This document shows, in pieces, positions 1 to 12,419 of a DNA stretch of 64,000 nucleotides. The stretch spans positions 55,180,001 through 55,244,000 of the forward strand of contig NC_135658.1 of NCBI RefSeq assembly GCF_964188315.1. The letters are read 5' to 3'. Within the stretch, counting starts at the first letter, position 1, and every line of letters starts with the position of its first letter. The DNA comes from Podarcis muralis. Its lineage: Eukaryota. A model generated the notes under the pieces. The model had not been told where the DNA came from. It saw nothing but the letters and a program-made list of their open reading frames with translations, and did no database searches. Made by a program: the position numbers and the translations under genes.

Positions 1-30
1 CACGGCTAGATAACTGCCACCTGTACTCTT

Positions 31-61
31 GCGCAGCGGAAGCGTGCTGGGCCCATAACCC
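31..61 (-). promoter_or_regulatory. Primer-binding site of a Ty1/copia element, complementary to the 5' half of initiator tRNA-Met
   Basis: Plus strand GCGCAGCGGAAGCGTGCTGGGCCCATAACCC equals nt 10-40 of vertebrate tRNA-iMet (31/31 against the recalled sequence). On the minus strand it reads GGGTTATGGGCCCAG..., the hemivirus-type PBS, directly after the LTR end ...GCGACA. Confidence 0.9.
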
Positions 62-383
62 TGTCGCGTATTCCACGCGGCGCTTTCAGCGAGACACTAA
101 GAGTTCCAGGTTTTTCCAGTGCAGTCTTTTTTAATGTGAGCTATATACAGGCATTTACAAAAGAAACAGTCCATACAGAGTACTTACAAACGAATACTCT
201 CCACCACAGCACCACCACACTACAGCACAACCACCACACCTACTGTTAAACAGGCTTTCCTTTTAAAACAGGTGATAGCCAATCACACTAATCACACTCC
301 TGCTGAGTCACTCTGACCCAGCAGAGTATTGCATCATCCTGTTGAAGCCTGCAGACTTATCCAGTATCCTGCGAATCCCAACA
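62..383 (-). mobile_element. 5' LTR (322 bp) of a Ty1/copia retrotransposon whose internal region extends left of the window
   Basis: Minus strand begins TGTTGG (383) and ends CGACA (62), abutting the PBS. Contains ATTGG/CCAAT (279-283), TTTTAAAA (261-268), ATTAAA on minus (130-135) and AP-1 TGAGTCA (304-310). Confidence 0.85.
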
Positions 384-1980
384 GTGCTGTCATATATGGT
401 GTCAGGCCACAATTCAAGCCACAGCTGCTGCAAAGGAATCCTTGAAAGGTTGTTTCATAAGGTAGGGGCCACTACTGTGAAGGCGCTGTCCTCAGTACTT
501 GCCAATGCAACTGATTTTAAAGTACAGGCAGACATATATGGGCACAAGCAGTCCTTCAAATAACCTGTGTACCTATAACGTATGCATAGCCCTATTGGAA
601 TGAGAACTATCTGAAGAACTCATCTTACTGGTTTCATGTAAACATCTCATTATCATGTACTGTAAAATAATATGTTTAGTATTTTATCCCTCCTCTTCCT
701 GAGGCTCCTCTTTGTTTTGTTTTGTTAGTCATGCCATGTTTTTTTATTTATGTGTGTACAATTTTGTAAAAAGAAAATTAAAAAGAAAGACTGACAGACC
801 AGTTCAGGCCTGCACTGCTGCTCTATAAATATTAACTTAGCGCATAATCAGAGTTCATGGCCGGCTATTTCTTTCTTAAATCTGCTCTTTACTTTGATAG
901 CCCCCTTTGAGGTATTCTATTTCATCCTTTTTTACTGTACATGATGCAACATGCAGCACTTCCTCGAGCTGAAGACCAATTACCGGTACTCACCCTTGGA
1001 TTGACTTCAATGGTGTGATTCATTTGAATAAAGAACATCCCCTAATGGATGTTGGCATTCATGCCTTCCTCCTTTATGTTTCTGTAACTGAATTTATTCT
1101 GTTTTTTACCTATTGCAGCTGAAATCTGAAGAATCCCTCTGAGCTGCAGAGTGCATTCAAGGCCTACCTAACATGCCCTCTTCCCTATTAGCTAATCTGG
1201 CTGATACCTATTGCACAGTAATATCCGACTTAACCCACCTCCATCTCTCACCTGGGGGCAAAAAATTATTCTCCTGTTTCCTACCCAGGAAGGGCACAGT
1301 TCCACACTCTCACTCAAGGGATAGGAAACACTTCTCTTTTGCACTTCTAGAGGTGACTTCCATCCTCTCATACTGGAAGTGGTCTAGAGTAGGGAGGAAA
1401 TCGCATAATACTCCCCTGAGAGGGGAAAGTCCAGAAATTCAAATGCACAGTCATGCCCACTAAATTCAAAGGGGGTCCATCCTGAAGAAGTGACCCAAAA
1501 AAGATAGTCTTTTTGGTGTTCCCCCTTTGGCAGTGGTGTTGTGTCGGCTGCCAGGGTAAGGCGTGGGGCACTATACCAGCCCAACCCTTGCCACTAGAGC
1601 CAAGTGAGGCCATGCTGCACTGCCTGCCCATCCAACGCTGGCCAGACGGCTGTACAGTGAGAGAGCTGGGGACCCAGCAGCGAGGCCAGGCTAGGCTCCA
1701 AGCCCAGAGACCCCTGGCAGCATGCAGAGCAGGACAGAAATCCTGGTTTGTACCCCCTCAAAATTATGCACCCGGGGCTATGGTCCCCTGGCCCCTCCAC
1801 GCTATGCCCCTGCTCTTTGGATCACCTCTGAATGGTGCAACCTGCTGCCCCCAGCAGACTTGGCTTATATCCTCCCTTTCTCTATCCCCCATGCAAAGTG
1901 TACTGTCTTGTGGGAGTGTCCTGGACAGTTCTTGTTGCTCAGAGAGATGTATCAGAGTCTCAGTGGGGCCTAATCCTGAT

Positions 1981-2130
1981 ATTAGGGAAGTTCTTAATAT
2001 TTGATGTTTTGCTGTGCTTTACTGGGCTTAATGTTCTTTAAATTTGTTGGAAGCTGCCCAGAGTGGTTGGGCAACCCAGTCAGATGGGTGGCATATCAAT
2101 AATAAATTGTTGTTGTTATTATTATTATTA
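1981..2130 (+). mobile_element. L2 LINE 3' terminal fragment
   Basis: gttggaagctgcccagagtggttgggcaacccagtcagatggg followed by a (TTG)/(TTA)n tail; the same motif recurs at ~4230 and ~50360. Confidence 0.7.
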
Positions 2131-3799
2131 CTATGTGTCTCTTGGCAGGCAGCTGCTTTTGCAAGGGGATGGGGGTCTTGATGATATATTCTCTGTTTCT
2201 CTCCACTCCCCTGAGCTCAGCTGCCTCCTAACTCACTTCCTCCTCTTAGTGCAGAATATTTCCTGTGGGGCTCATCGGATCAACAGCCTTGGTCCAAAAC
2301 TACAACATACTTTCATTCAAACTCCTCCAGTGCATGATGAAAAGACAATTGACTTATAACTAACCATATACAGTGACTTGTTCTATTCTGCCTAGATATA
2401 GTAAACAAAACTTCTGAAAAACACACAGAAGAAAACCCTACAGAAAAACTCCAGTTTAATCTCTAGACAGCAAGCTATGGTTTAAGGGCAAATGTGTACT
2501 CGCTAGAAGCACTCGATGTTTATAGATGTGCTGCCGAGCATTCCACAAGCTTTGTAACAAGGTGTCACAAGATTTGCAAATATCATATGGTTTCCAGTTC
2601 TTTTCTGTGTTTAACTGCCTTTCAGGGGTATCACATTCAAAAGAAAGGCTTTAAGCATATCCCAGGAAGCACCACCAGCCGATTTTTAAAAGAACACAGG
2701 AGGTTTATTTTGTGTGCTATTCTTACCCCAGGCTTCATGCCACAGGATGTTTACCATTCTCTGCAGTTTTGCCTTCAGTATATCTGAAAGATTGCCTTCA
2801 CCCATACCAGCTGCCTGCACTTGAAGATTGACAACAGAGAACCCTCCTCTCCTCATATGCACATTTTACAATACTTCAGCTGGTGGGCAGAAAAGAGAGT
2901 CCTTTCTGCAGTGAAACCTCAGCTCTTCAATCCGCCACCATCAACACTGCAAAAGGCCCTGTCACTTCAAGTTTTCAGGACAGCCCTAAAGATTCATTTG
3001 CTTCCAATTACTTTTTCTTGAGTTGTTTTATTCTTCTGCTGATGGTTTCAGTTAAGTGTTATATTTTAATATTTTGGGGCTGTATATTATAAATGCCGGC
3101 TTCCTTAATGGTGTTACGGTTATTGATACTGCATTGCATTTTTTAAATTGTTAGCCACCTTGAAAGGGATTAGTTATTTCTCATAAAACCTTCTGAGAGT
3201 TTATCTGGTCTCCACTTCCTGCCTTGTAAGCATAAAGATTGTAGCTGGAATGTAGCAAAAGCTTATTCCTGAGGACATGGTGGCTGCTGTTGATGTGAAT
3301 GCAGAGAAGATGGATACAAATGCTGATCACTCAGCTCAGGGAGGAAAGATGTCCAACTGCTCAGCAAGGAGGGCTTAAGGTGTGTACTAGCGATTGCTGA
3401 TGCTTCTGAGACAGGAAGGTAACTTAAGCAACTCAACTGATGGCAGGGGCCTCGTCTTCTGCAAGTGCTATCTCAGTAAACACACTTTCTTTTGACCTTT
3501 GTAAGCCTGTTGTGACCCTGGGCATTTGAACCATATACACATTTACCGCAGGGTATTTCCAATAGCCTCCCTGTGTTTGTTCGAACTATGCTTTCCCTTC
3601 TGAACTCTTTTCAGCAAGGTCCAAACACTACAATATATAATTAAGGGCCCAATCTAGTGTCCTCACAAACCAAAGTGTTGGTCCCTGAGGGCTGTTTAGT
3701 CCCCACTCATACTCGGGTATGCATATATATCACCCAAAGGCTGCTGTGGCCCACTGCTTCTGACCACTTTAGAAATATGTACGTGATTGCACATAAAAG

Positions 3800-3944
3800 C
3801 ATAGAACAATAGCATTGTAAAGTTGGAAGGGACCCTAAGGATTCTCTAGTCCAATCCCCTGCAATGCAGGATTATGCAGCTGTCCCACACAGGGATTGAA
3901 CCTGCAACCTTGGTATTATCAGCATCATGCTGTAACCAAATGAG
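3800..3944 (-). mobile_element. tRNA-derived SINE with CR1-like tail (Squam2-like)
   Basis: Minus strand has a tRNA-like head with box B (GGTTCAATCC), then ggactaga...ggtcccttccaact and a ...ttctatg tail typical of CR1 3' ends. Confidence 0.7.
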
Positions 3945-4149
3945 GGCCTTCACATTTGATGAGGTAAGCATTGAAGGAGTGTCTCCATCCCTATTGTTCA
4001 GCTCGGACACTGAGGTCCAGCTCCGAGGGCCTTCTGGCGGTTCTCTCCCTATGAGAATTGAGGTTATAGGGAACCAGGCAGAGGGCCTTCTCGGTGGTGG
4101 CACCTGCCCTGTGGAATGCCCACCCATCAGATGTCAAGGAAATAAACAA

Positions 4150-4310
4150 CTATCTGACTTTCAGAAGATATCTGAAGGCAATCCTGTTTAGGGACGTTTT
4201 TAATGGTTGATGTTTTATTGTGCTTTTAATATTCTGTTGGGAACTGCCAAGAGTGGCTGGGGAAACCCAGCCAGATGGATGGGGTATAAATAATAAATAA
4301 TAAATAATAA

Positions 4311-4358
<48 letters not shown>
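4150..4358 (+). mobile_element. L2 LINE 3' end with (AAT)/(ATT)n tail
   Basis: atctgaaggcaatcctgtttaggga...gagtggctggggaaacccagccagatgg...gggtataaat followed by a long ATT microsatellite. Confidence 0.75.
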
Positions 4359-4359
<1 letters not shown>

Positions 4360-5054
4360 TGCACATGGCAGTCTGCATACCTGAGTACTAATACTTAACT
4401 GAGAATTTGAGCTACAACTCTTGGAGAAACTTGCTGCATTACTCTGAATATCCCTTCTTCCATTCATAGATCTGACCTTCAGCCATGAGATTTGGATCTC
4501 AATGGTTGGTTATGAATCACAAGATAATTAGAAGGAGGACATTTCCTAGCTTAAACTGTATGCATTTTCAAATCATTTGCTACCGAGTTCTGAGAAATCT
4601 TGAGAGCCCACTGCTCCGATTACATCAGTCAGACAGAAGGTCTCATTACTCAAAAGGCTGTGGGACCTGCCTGACCACAACTTTTCAAATCTGCTCACAA
4701 TGATTTCTAAAAGTAGATTTTGTTCCCATAATTATGAGACTTGGTTCATTGCAAATTGTTTACAGCTGAGTAAAGTCTAATTAGAATTGCAGCTGCTGGC
4801 TGGTCATCTCTTTTGTCAAATTTTTGGCTGGCTAATAGTCGGAGATAGCTTCATCTGAGATGATCAGTGGATGTTTCATCAACGGCTGCTAATGACAGTA
4901 GATGGTCTCCTGATAGCTGAGGATCTCTCTCAGTATTTGGAAATGGAATGAGATACCCATTAGAGGCTGGAGAGGTGACATGCCTCCAGCTTTTGAGAAG
5001 AAAGGTAAATTAGGCTGAGAGACAATGATGAGCCTAAGGTTACTCACCGTACCT

Positions 5055-5495
5055 TTGGGACTGCCACTCCTGGTATGCCCTGTGGAGGACCTTAAGGTCC
5101 ACAGATGACAACATTTTGGAGGTCCCAGGTCGTAAAGTGGTTAGATTGGTCTCAACTAGGGCCAGGGCCTTTTCAGTACTGGCCCCGACTTGGTAGAACG
5201 CTCTGTCACAATAGACTAGGGCCCTGCGGGACTTGACTTCTTTCCGCAGGGCCTGCAAGACAGAGCTGTTCCGCCTGGCCTTTGGTTTGGACTCAGTCTG
5301 ACCCTTATGTTTCCCTCCCCTTATGGTTTTGATTTATGGGCTACTTTTAAAATGAGGCTGCATTTTAAATTGCATTTTAACCTGTATTTTAAATTGAGGT
5401 TTTTTTCCTATTATGTTTTTACTGTAATTTTACTGGTGTTAGCTGCCCTGAGCTCGGCTCTGGCTGGGGAGGGCGGGGTATAAATAATAATAATA

Positions 5496-5537
<42 letters not shown>
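5055..5537 (+). mobile_element. L2 LINE 3' fragment
   Basis: Translates to a decayed ORF2 C-terminus (LRSTDDNILEVP...TRARAFSVLAPTW*NAL...FRRACKTELFRLAF), then a T-rich 3'UTR, gccctgagc...gggcggggtataaat and (AAT)/(ATT)n. Confidence 0.8.
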
Positions 5538-6455
5538 GAATGAATGAATAAGGATTTGAACCCAAAGTTTAGTCAACATGCAGCTAATACTACATCACCG
5601 TGGCTTGCCTTCACTTAGTGGGAATTTGCGCATTTAAAACAAACCGATGTGGATATTTTTGGATAGTTAAAGTGAGGAGTGTTGAGTTTAGATATTTCTT
5701 TATACCATACACACTTAGTAGAAACAGGATGGGGCATTTGAAGATGATAACCTGTGAAAATTACTACAACTATTCCTGCCACATATCAGAGACATATCAG
5801 AGTGTGACCACCAGTTCCTGTGCAGTAAACGGAACAGGAAGAAGGACCGACAAACCTAATCTCCACTTGCCGTGTTGTTTCTGATGCTCAGAGTTAAGGC
5901 CCAGCAGCTCTTGTTTCCCCTGATGAATTAGGATCTCTCCTTCCTTTGGATTGTCAAAAGCAAACATTTGGCTGACAAAGTCAAACACCATCATTTCCTC
6001 ATTAGGATGAAGAAAAATCGGTGCATTTCCCAGTTGCCTATTCCCCACTTAGAACTGCCATGCCACTGAACGGAATAACATTGTATTGCATAAAAGATAA
6101 GGAAGGAGAGCAGCTTTTATTAATTTTTAAAATCTACAATTATTCAAAATGACAATTGACTATAAGCCAAATAAGGAGAAATGGGGGGGGGGATTTGATG
6201 AGGAGTCAACTGAAGAATAGGTTATGTTCATTGTTATGTGTTATGGAGGGCTTCGGCAAGATCTAACTTAGTTTTAAAGAAACATTTGAAGTAGACTGGC
6301 CATAACACTTATCATAATGAAGAATGAATATCCAGCATGGCTTTCCCTTTCCCTTTTGTTAAAAAAACACCCCTATCTCCATGTTGCTCTCACAACTTAA
6401 ACTTGTGTATGTCATTTGCATCTGCCAGTATTTGTATCAAAAATGTCCAGTTATA

Positions 6456-6456
<1 letters not shown>

Positions 6457-6487
<31 letters not shown>

Positions 6488-7745
6488 TATTTATTAAATT
6501 TGTTTACCACCCTTCAGCCGAAGATTACAGGCTGGCTAACAACATAAAAAAAGGAGAACAAAAAATACATAATAAAAACAAAAACAATCACAAACCAATA
6601 ATCCCCCCTCTCACAAACACATTTAAAAGGACACAGAATATTAATCAGCCCAAGGCCTGGTTGAAAACAAACATTTTTGTCTGGTGCCTAAAGATATGTC
6701 ATGAAGCTGCCAGGCAAGCCTCCCTGGGGGGCCACCACAGAAAAGGCCTGTTCTCATGTTGCAGCCCTTCAGATTTCTTGTGGAGGAAACACATTAAGAA
6801 GGGGCTGATCGCAGGGTCTTGGATAGTTCATACATATAGGCAGAGGCAGTCCTTGAGGTATTGTGGTCCTGAGCTGTTCAAGGCTTTACAGGTAAAAGCC
6901 CAGCACTTTGAATTGGGCCCAGAAACTAAATGGCAACATCTTGCCCCAATGAGCAACCTGGCTGCCAAATTCTGCACCAGCTGAAGTTTCTGAACTGTCT
7001 TCAGAGGCAGCCCCACATATAACACGTTGCAATAATCTAACAGAGATCAGCAGAGCATAGACAACAGAAGTTAGGCTATCCCTGTCCACATAGGGGCACA
7101 GCTGGACCACTAGCTGAAGCTGATGGAAGGCACTCCATGCCACAGAGGCCACCTGAGCCTTAAGCAACAGGAAAGAAGTACCCCCAAGCTACATACCTAC
7201 TCCTTTAGAGGGAGGGTAGCTCCATCAAAAGCAGGCAACCTTCCATCCGGTCTAGGGAAGTGGTTCCCACTAACAGTGCCTCAATCTTATCTGGACTGAG
7301 CTTCAGTTTCTTGGCTCTCATCTAGTCCATTACCAAGGCAAGACAATGGTCCAGCATATCCACACCTGCAGATGCAAAGGAGAAGCAGAGCTGTGTGTCA
7401 TCAGCATACTGCTGACAACATACTCTAAAACTCTGAATAACCCCACTCAGCAGTTTCATGTGGATGATGAACAGCATAGGAGATAAAACTGAATTTTGAG
7501 AAACTCCACATTGAAGGTTCCACGGGGCTAAAAAGCACTCCCCAAGCATCAACCCCTGGAAATGGCCAAACAAACAGGACTAGAACTCAGACAGCTGCTC
7601 CAGAAGGATACCATGGTCAATGGTATCAAAAGCTACTGAGAGGTCAAAGAGAATCAAGAGAGACACATTTCCCCATCTCTCTCATGACAGAGGTCATCAT
7701 CATACAGGGTGCATCATATAATGGTCCACATTGAACAAAGGTGGC
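6457..7745 (-). mobile_element. L2 LINE, decayed RT region and 3' end
   Basis: Minus-strand ORF fragments GVSQNSVLSPMLF...[12 protein letters not shown] (RT YADD motif) and LYVGLPLKTVQKLQLVQNLAARLL; (TAC)n tail at 6457-6487. Confidence 0.85.
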
Positions 7746-7789
7746 GTCTATGTGATGTTTTCTAGGACTGTGTCCTGGCTTCCAAAAAA

Positions 7790-8390
7790 GAAGTTCAAAA
7801 GTTCAAAAGCTGAGACCTGCCTTAGCTGGAGGTAATCCTGGGGGCAAGCAGGTTTCGGCCATACATCCAATGCTGTATATCAGTGAAGATGACAAAGGAG
7901 ATGTGGTATAATAGAGCTGGTGGACTAGTAAAATGGTAAAAGAGTATTGGGAAACGATCCATAATGAATTGGGGAAAAAAATTAAAGTCCTCCCCCCCCC
8001 CCAAAAAAAACCCAGACTGAAATTCCCAGTTGTCAAAAAAGGTTATTTATGTATGCTACTACTGTGGCCCATGTTTTGTTAGCCCCAAAATGCAAAACGA
8101 GCAAGGATCCAACCAAAGAAGAATGGCAACTTAAGTTGACAGAATATGCACAACTTGCAGACTTAACATACAGAATAAGAGAACAAGAAGAACATATGTT
8201 GAATGAAGATTGGAAAACATTTATTGAATATAGGGGAAATAATTGTGTGCAGCTGAAAATGCTGGCAGCATTAAGTATGCAGGGATTTATGATATGTAAA
8301 ATGAACCATGGAAAGAGAAGAAGGGAAGTCATTGATATCTTAAGGATGTAAAATGAGCATTTTAAATGGAAAATTTAATAACAATTATAT
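7790..8390 (+). mobile_element. L1 LINE ORF2 C-terminal fragment
   Basis: ORF 8049-8351 (MYATTVAHVLLAPKCK...PTKEEWQLKLTEYAQLADLT...EDWKTFIEY) and upstream WWTSKMVKEYWETIHNEL resemble non-mammalian L1 ORF2 ends. Confidence 0.7.
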
Positions 8391-9074
8391 ACAGTGATAG
8401 AGCACTGGAGCACCTGATTTCAAACCACTGGATGACCTCAAACCAGCCACTAACTTTCATTCTTACCTTCTTACAAGGTTGTTGTTGAAGTGGAATGTGT
8501 GAACCATGTGTACCACTCTAAGCAGACTGGAGGCAAGAGGTGCTAAAAATGTAATGCATTAACAAATGCAATAAATAAATATTCATATGACAAGATAAGC
8601 TATTAGATACAATTTCTGCTTCTGCAGAGGCCTGGATAAGATCAACCAAGTTCCTTCCAGCTCTGACATCTCTACCATTCTGTCACTAAGGTCTGGCAAA
8701 ACTGCATAAGTTTTGAGTTTCAAATGGCTCTAGATGAAGAACAGCTACTTTCCCAACATTTCCTTTGCTTGTTTTCTTTACATTTCCTCTAGAATCTAAA
8801 ATTACCCCAGCGGGAGGGCAGTGGGGGTGGGGGGAGAAAGTAAGCGAACAAAACGTTGACTTGCTCATTGAGTGCCCATCGTGTCAGCCTGCTTGTGAGT
8901 TTTGGCTGAAATCTCTGCAGGGGAGCTGACTACTGCTGTGTGTTTGGGAGAGCACCAGCAAGACCCACAAACAGGTGTCAGCCTTCAGCAATAGGCAACT
9001 GCTGTTCCTAGTCAAATATTTCTTCACTGGTACAGAGAACTGCATCGTGTGAAAACGTGCTTCCACTCAGTCCT

Positions 9075-9431
9075 GGTAAAAAGGTAAAGGTAGAGAACCC
9101 CTGGATGGTTAAGACCAGTCAAACATGGCTTTTCAGGCTGAGGGAGCCAGCGTTTGTCCACAGACAGCTTTCCAGGTCATGCGGCCAGCATGACTAAACC
9201 ACTTCTGGTGCAACGGAACACTGTGACAGAAACCAGAGCGTGCAGAGACGCTGTTTTCCTTCCTGCCTACCTATTTATCTACTTACACTGGTGTGCTTTC
9301 GAACTGCTAGGTTGGCAGGAGCTGGAACAGAGCAATGGGAGCTCACCTCATCGTGGGGATTTGAACCGTCGACCTTCTGATTGGCAAGCCCAAGAGGCTC
9401 ACTGGTTTAGACCACAGCACCACCCACATCC
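9075..9431 (-). mobile_element. Sauria SINE (diverged, near full length)
   Basis: Reverse complement of the element at 20259-20622: (ACCTTT)n tail, gcagttcgaaagcac core and tRNA-like head. Confidence 0.85.
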
Positions 9432-9542
9432 TGGACAACTGTGTTCTGTTACATGCACACATTGATGTACAAAACCAGAAAGTTTTGAATAAATCATGCT
9501 ATGAAAGAATATATATATTATCTCGGATAGCCCGCCAGCAGA

Positions 9543-9775
9543 GATTTATTTATTTATTTATTGCATTTTTTTTATCCCATCTTTTTTCCCATGGAGCTCA
9601 TGGGATTTCCCTACATGATTTCCCCTCTCCTCATTAACCCCCACAACACCACCATTAGGCTGAGAGGCAATGACAGACCCAAGGACACCCAGTGAGTTTC
9701 ATGGTTGCATGGGGATTTGAACCGTGGTCTCCCAGGTCTTAGTCCTACACTTTAACCACTACACCACACTGGCAC
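9543..9775 (-). mobile_element. Squam3/MIR-like tRNA SINE
   Basis: Minus-strand head gccagtgtggtgtagtggtt, box B ggttcaaatcc, gggtgtccttggg core and (TAAA)n tail. Confidence 0.7.
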
Positions 9776-10967
9776 TCTCAGTGAACCTAATTACTTCAAA
9801 AATACATTTCTGCTGTTGAAGAATGGCCAGAGCTCCACTGCAGAGCACACATCCTGCATGCCAAAGAATCCTGGTTCAATTCTAGGTAGGAAGATGACAG
9901 TAAGTGAGGTGAACTAATGATATGAAGTAGCCTCCTATTTTCCAAGAAACGGCAAAACATGAAGATTTAATCAATGCATTTGGGGCAATTGTCTTGACAC
10001 CCCTGTTTGAGGTCCCCCTCTTCCTTTTGCTCTTGCTCCCTCCCCCCAAAACCCCTCAAATTGTTTTATGTCACAATTGTGCAGAACAACAGTGGCCCAT
10101 AATGAGAAAAAAGGGGGGTGTAATAACTAGAAACATACATAACAAAAGAGGTTTAAATGATACATACCAAGAGGTATGCATCAAAGGATTAAGTATAATT
10201 TGAAAGAGTAGCTGGAAACGTTTTGAGCTGGAGAGATGTCTGAATTATCATGTTTTTTTGGTTGTTCTGGTGCTCCAGCTCTTAATATGTCATAGACTCT
10301 GGTATAGTCTAGACGAGGTGCATTGCATTCTCACTCCTCTGCTGCTTTCCATTCTGAAAGGTGTGTTGTTGTCACACCTTTAATCAGTGTTACTGTTGGT
10401 CTGCCTGACAGCAACACAAGAAGCAGCACAAGGGAGTTTTCAAAGGCTGATTTGATTTGGTGGTCTCACCATAACTTCTTGGATGTTGGCTCCAGGTAGC
10501 CACTGCACACCTTGGAAGCCATCCTCCTCTCTAGGAAAATGCTTCGGACTTCTAAGGCTAGGCCTTTTTGTGTACATTGTGTCTTTTCTCTTTCCCCAAT
10601 CTCCACCACTTCCAATCAGCCACATATGGTGCTTGTTTGCAAATCCCCCCCCCCAAAGTACTAACATAGGAACACATACTAGCATTTGATCTGTATGGAA
10701 CTTGTGCTGTCTTAATTAAAGCAAGATCATATGCCTGACATATGGGACACATTGATCCAGAACTGCTCACTATTCCACCTACCCTTTTAATATACTAGCT
10801 GGGTTGGATCAATGTTTTGTTGATTATCACAGTGTCTGGGCCACCAGTGAAGGGTTGCAGCTGACTGGTAGAGCCATACATTGCCTATTGGAAGAGCTAG
10901 GTTCAATTCTCCATTTAGGGCTAGAAAAGACTAGAAACCTGGAGAACCATTGTCAGTCAGTATAGAC

Positions 10968-11105
10968 CAGGGGTAGCCTATGTGGTATCAACCAGATTTC
11001 ATTGGGTTTCAGCTCCCACCAGTCCAGCCAGCATGGCCAATGGTCAGCAATGATGGGAGAGGCAGTCAAACTGTATCTGGAGGGGCAGAGGTTAGCCACC
11101 CTTGC
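10968..11105. mobile_element. Short (~135 bp) hAT-like MITE; related copies near 24280-24410, 26045-26160, 39415-39550 and 50780-50915
   Basis: caggggtagcc...ggttagccacccttg termini; internal ctcccatca/tgatgggag inverted motif shared among copies. Confidence 0.55.
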
Positions 11106-11184
11106 TCTAGAATGTGCTCAAGATCCCTTTCCAGTCTATAATAGATGTAAGGTCCCCAAGCTGATATGGAAATAGTTCATTGAA

Positions 11185-11830
11185 TGTTGTTGTTGGCATC
11201 TGTCTATCTCGAGAGACAATGGAGTGTGCCTCTGGGGGTGAAGTCAAACCACTGCATTAGTAGCACCTCCCCGGGGAACAAGCCTAGGCAATGTTCCCCA
11301 CTCTCAGCCTCACTGATGTGTCCAAAGGAAAGCAGAGCAACATGTTTGGCACCAGCTTGGCTATAGGAGTTGCCAGAAGGAGGCATTCAAGGCACCATCC
11401 AACCATCCACTCTGGATTTGTGTAGGGTTTGCTCCTTAGCCTTTTCTTCTTCTGAAGGTAGCCTGCAAGGTGAGCAGAGGTTTAGGATCAGAGTTTTCCT
11501 TCTCCTAGATGGGATCCTGAGGATAATGAGCTCCATCTGCCCTTCACTTCCCTCTACAGCATGTGCAGAATCCACCTTCTTGACCACTGGACCCGCTATT
11601 GGTCTCATCTGCTCAATCTGCCAGAGCCTATTTTTGCATCCATGGGAAGTCCCTAACTCACCAAGGGATTAAGACCCACCAGTTGAAGCCGTTCCTGGGG
11701 TGTGGTCACCGTCACATGCTGACAGCTTCTAGGAGCCACAGGTAAGAGCAGAGTGCAGGGTGGGGACCAAAGGTGGGCAAACTATCCCAGCACGACATGT
11801 CCCTCACCAGAGGTACTACCTCTCCCCTAA
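11185..11830 (-). mobile_element. Non-autonomous retroposon, probably RTE-derived (~650 bp)
   Basis: (CAA)n tail on minus at 11185-11195 and internal catctaggagaaggaaaactctgatcctaaacc, which I recall from RTE 5'UTRs; no tRNA head or ORF. Confidence 0.45.
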
Positions 11831-12419
11831 CCCCTCATACACTACATTTGCTGAATGTAGACACTTGAAAACCACTCAAATAAATCATCTGCAACAGCAG
11901 CAGAGCACCATAAAACAAGTTGTTGTCCTGGCATTGCAGAGACAGCGACTCTGCCAGAAGTCTTACGATTAAACATCAGGATGCCAATTAGGCTTACATT
12001 TGCTGTTTTGGAGGATCAGACTGGTAGCTTTTATCCTGAACTAACAACTATAGGCAGATTGGGAAGAATTCCACTTACTAAATATTTGTACTTTGCAAAT
12101 GTGCAGGGCAGACAATCCGTGGGATAAAAATACCCCTATTATCTGATAGATGGCCAAGGCCAACACTTACAATTGGCCCATTTGGTGCTATTGTATCAAC
12201 ACTGCGTTGGCAATGAACCCCATGAGGTCATGTTAAAACATCCCCTCTGCTGGCAGGAAGACACAAGAACTGGCTGAACCAGCTTAAGCAGGGCACTTTC
12301 TTCCAGACCACTGATCTTCTTTGCTCAGTATAGTCTACACCAGGGTAGCCAATGCAAAGGTCTTCAGAAATTTTGGACTTTCATCATCCCTGACAACAGC
12401 CACACTGCTCACAGAAGCA

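Noticed and set aside
31-61. tRNA-iMet gene
   Set aside because: Only nt 10-40 are present, with no acceptor stem or T arm, and it abuts an LTR; it is a PBS.
1513-2004. 163-aa ORF and overlapping ORFs
   Set aside because: No recognisable domain or splice context; GC-rich repeat-like sequence running into an L2 tail.
6337-6984. 215-aa plus-strand ORF with poly-Ser
   Set aside because: Antisense reading of an L2 3' end plus an (AGT)n microsatellite.
12238-12258. Second CTCF-like motif (GCCAGCAGAGGGGA on minus)
   Set aside because: Mismatch in the GGCG part and lies among decayed LINE fragments.
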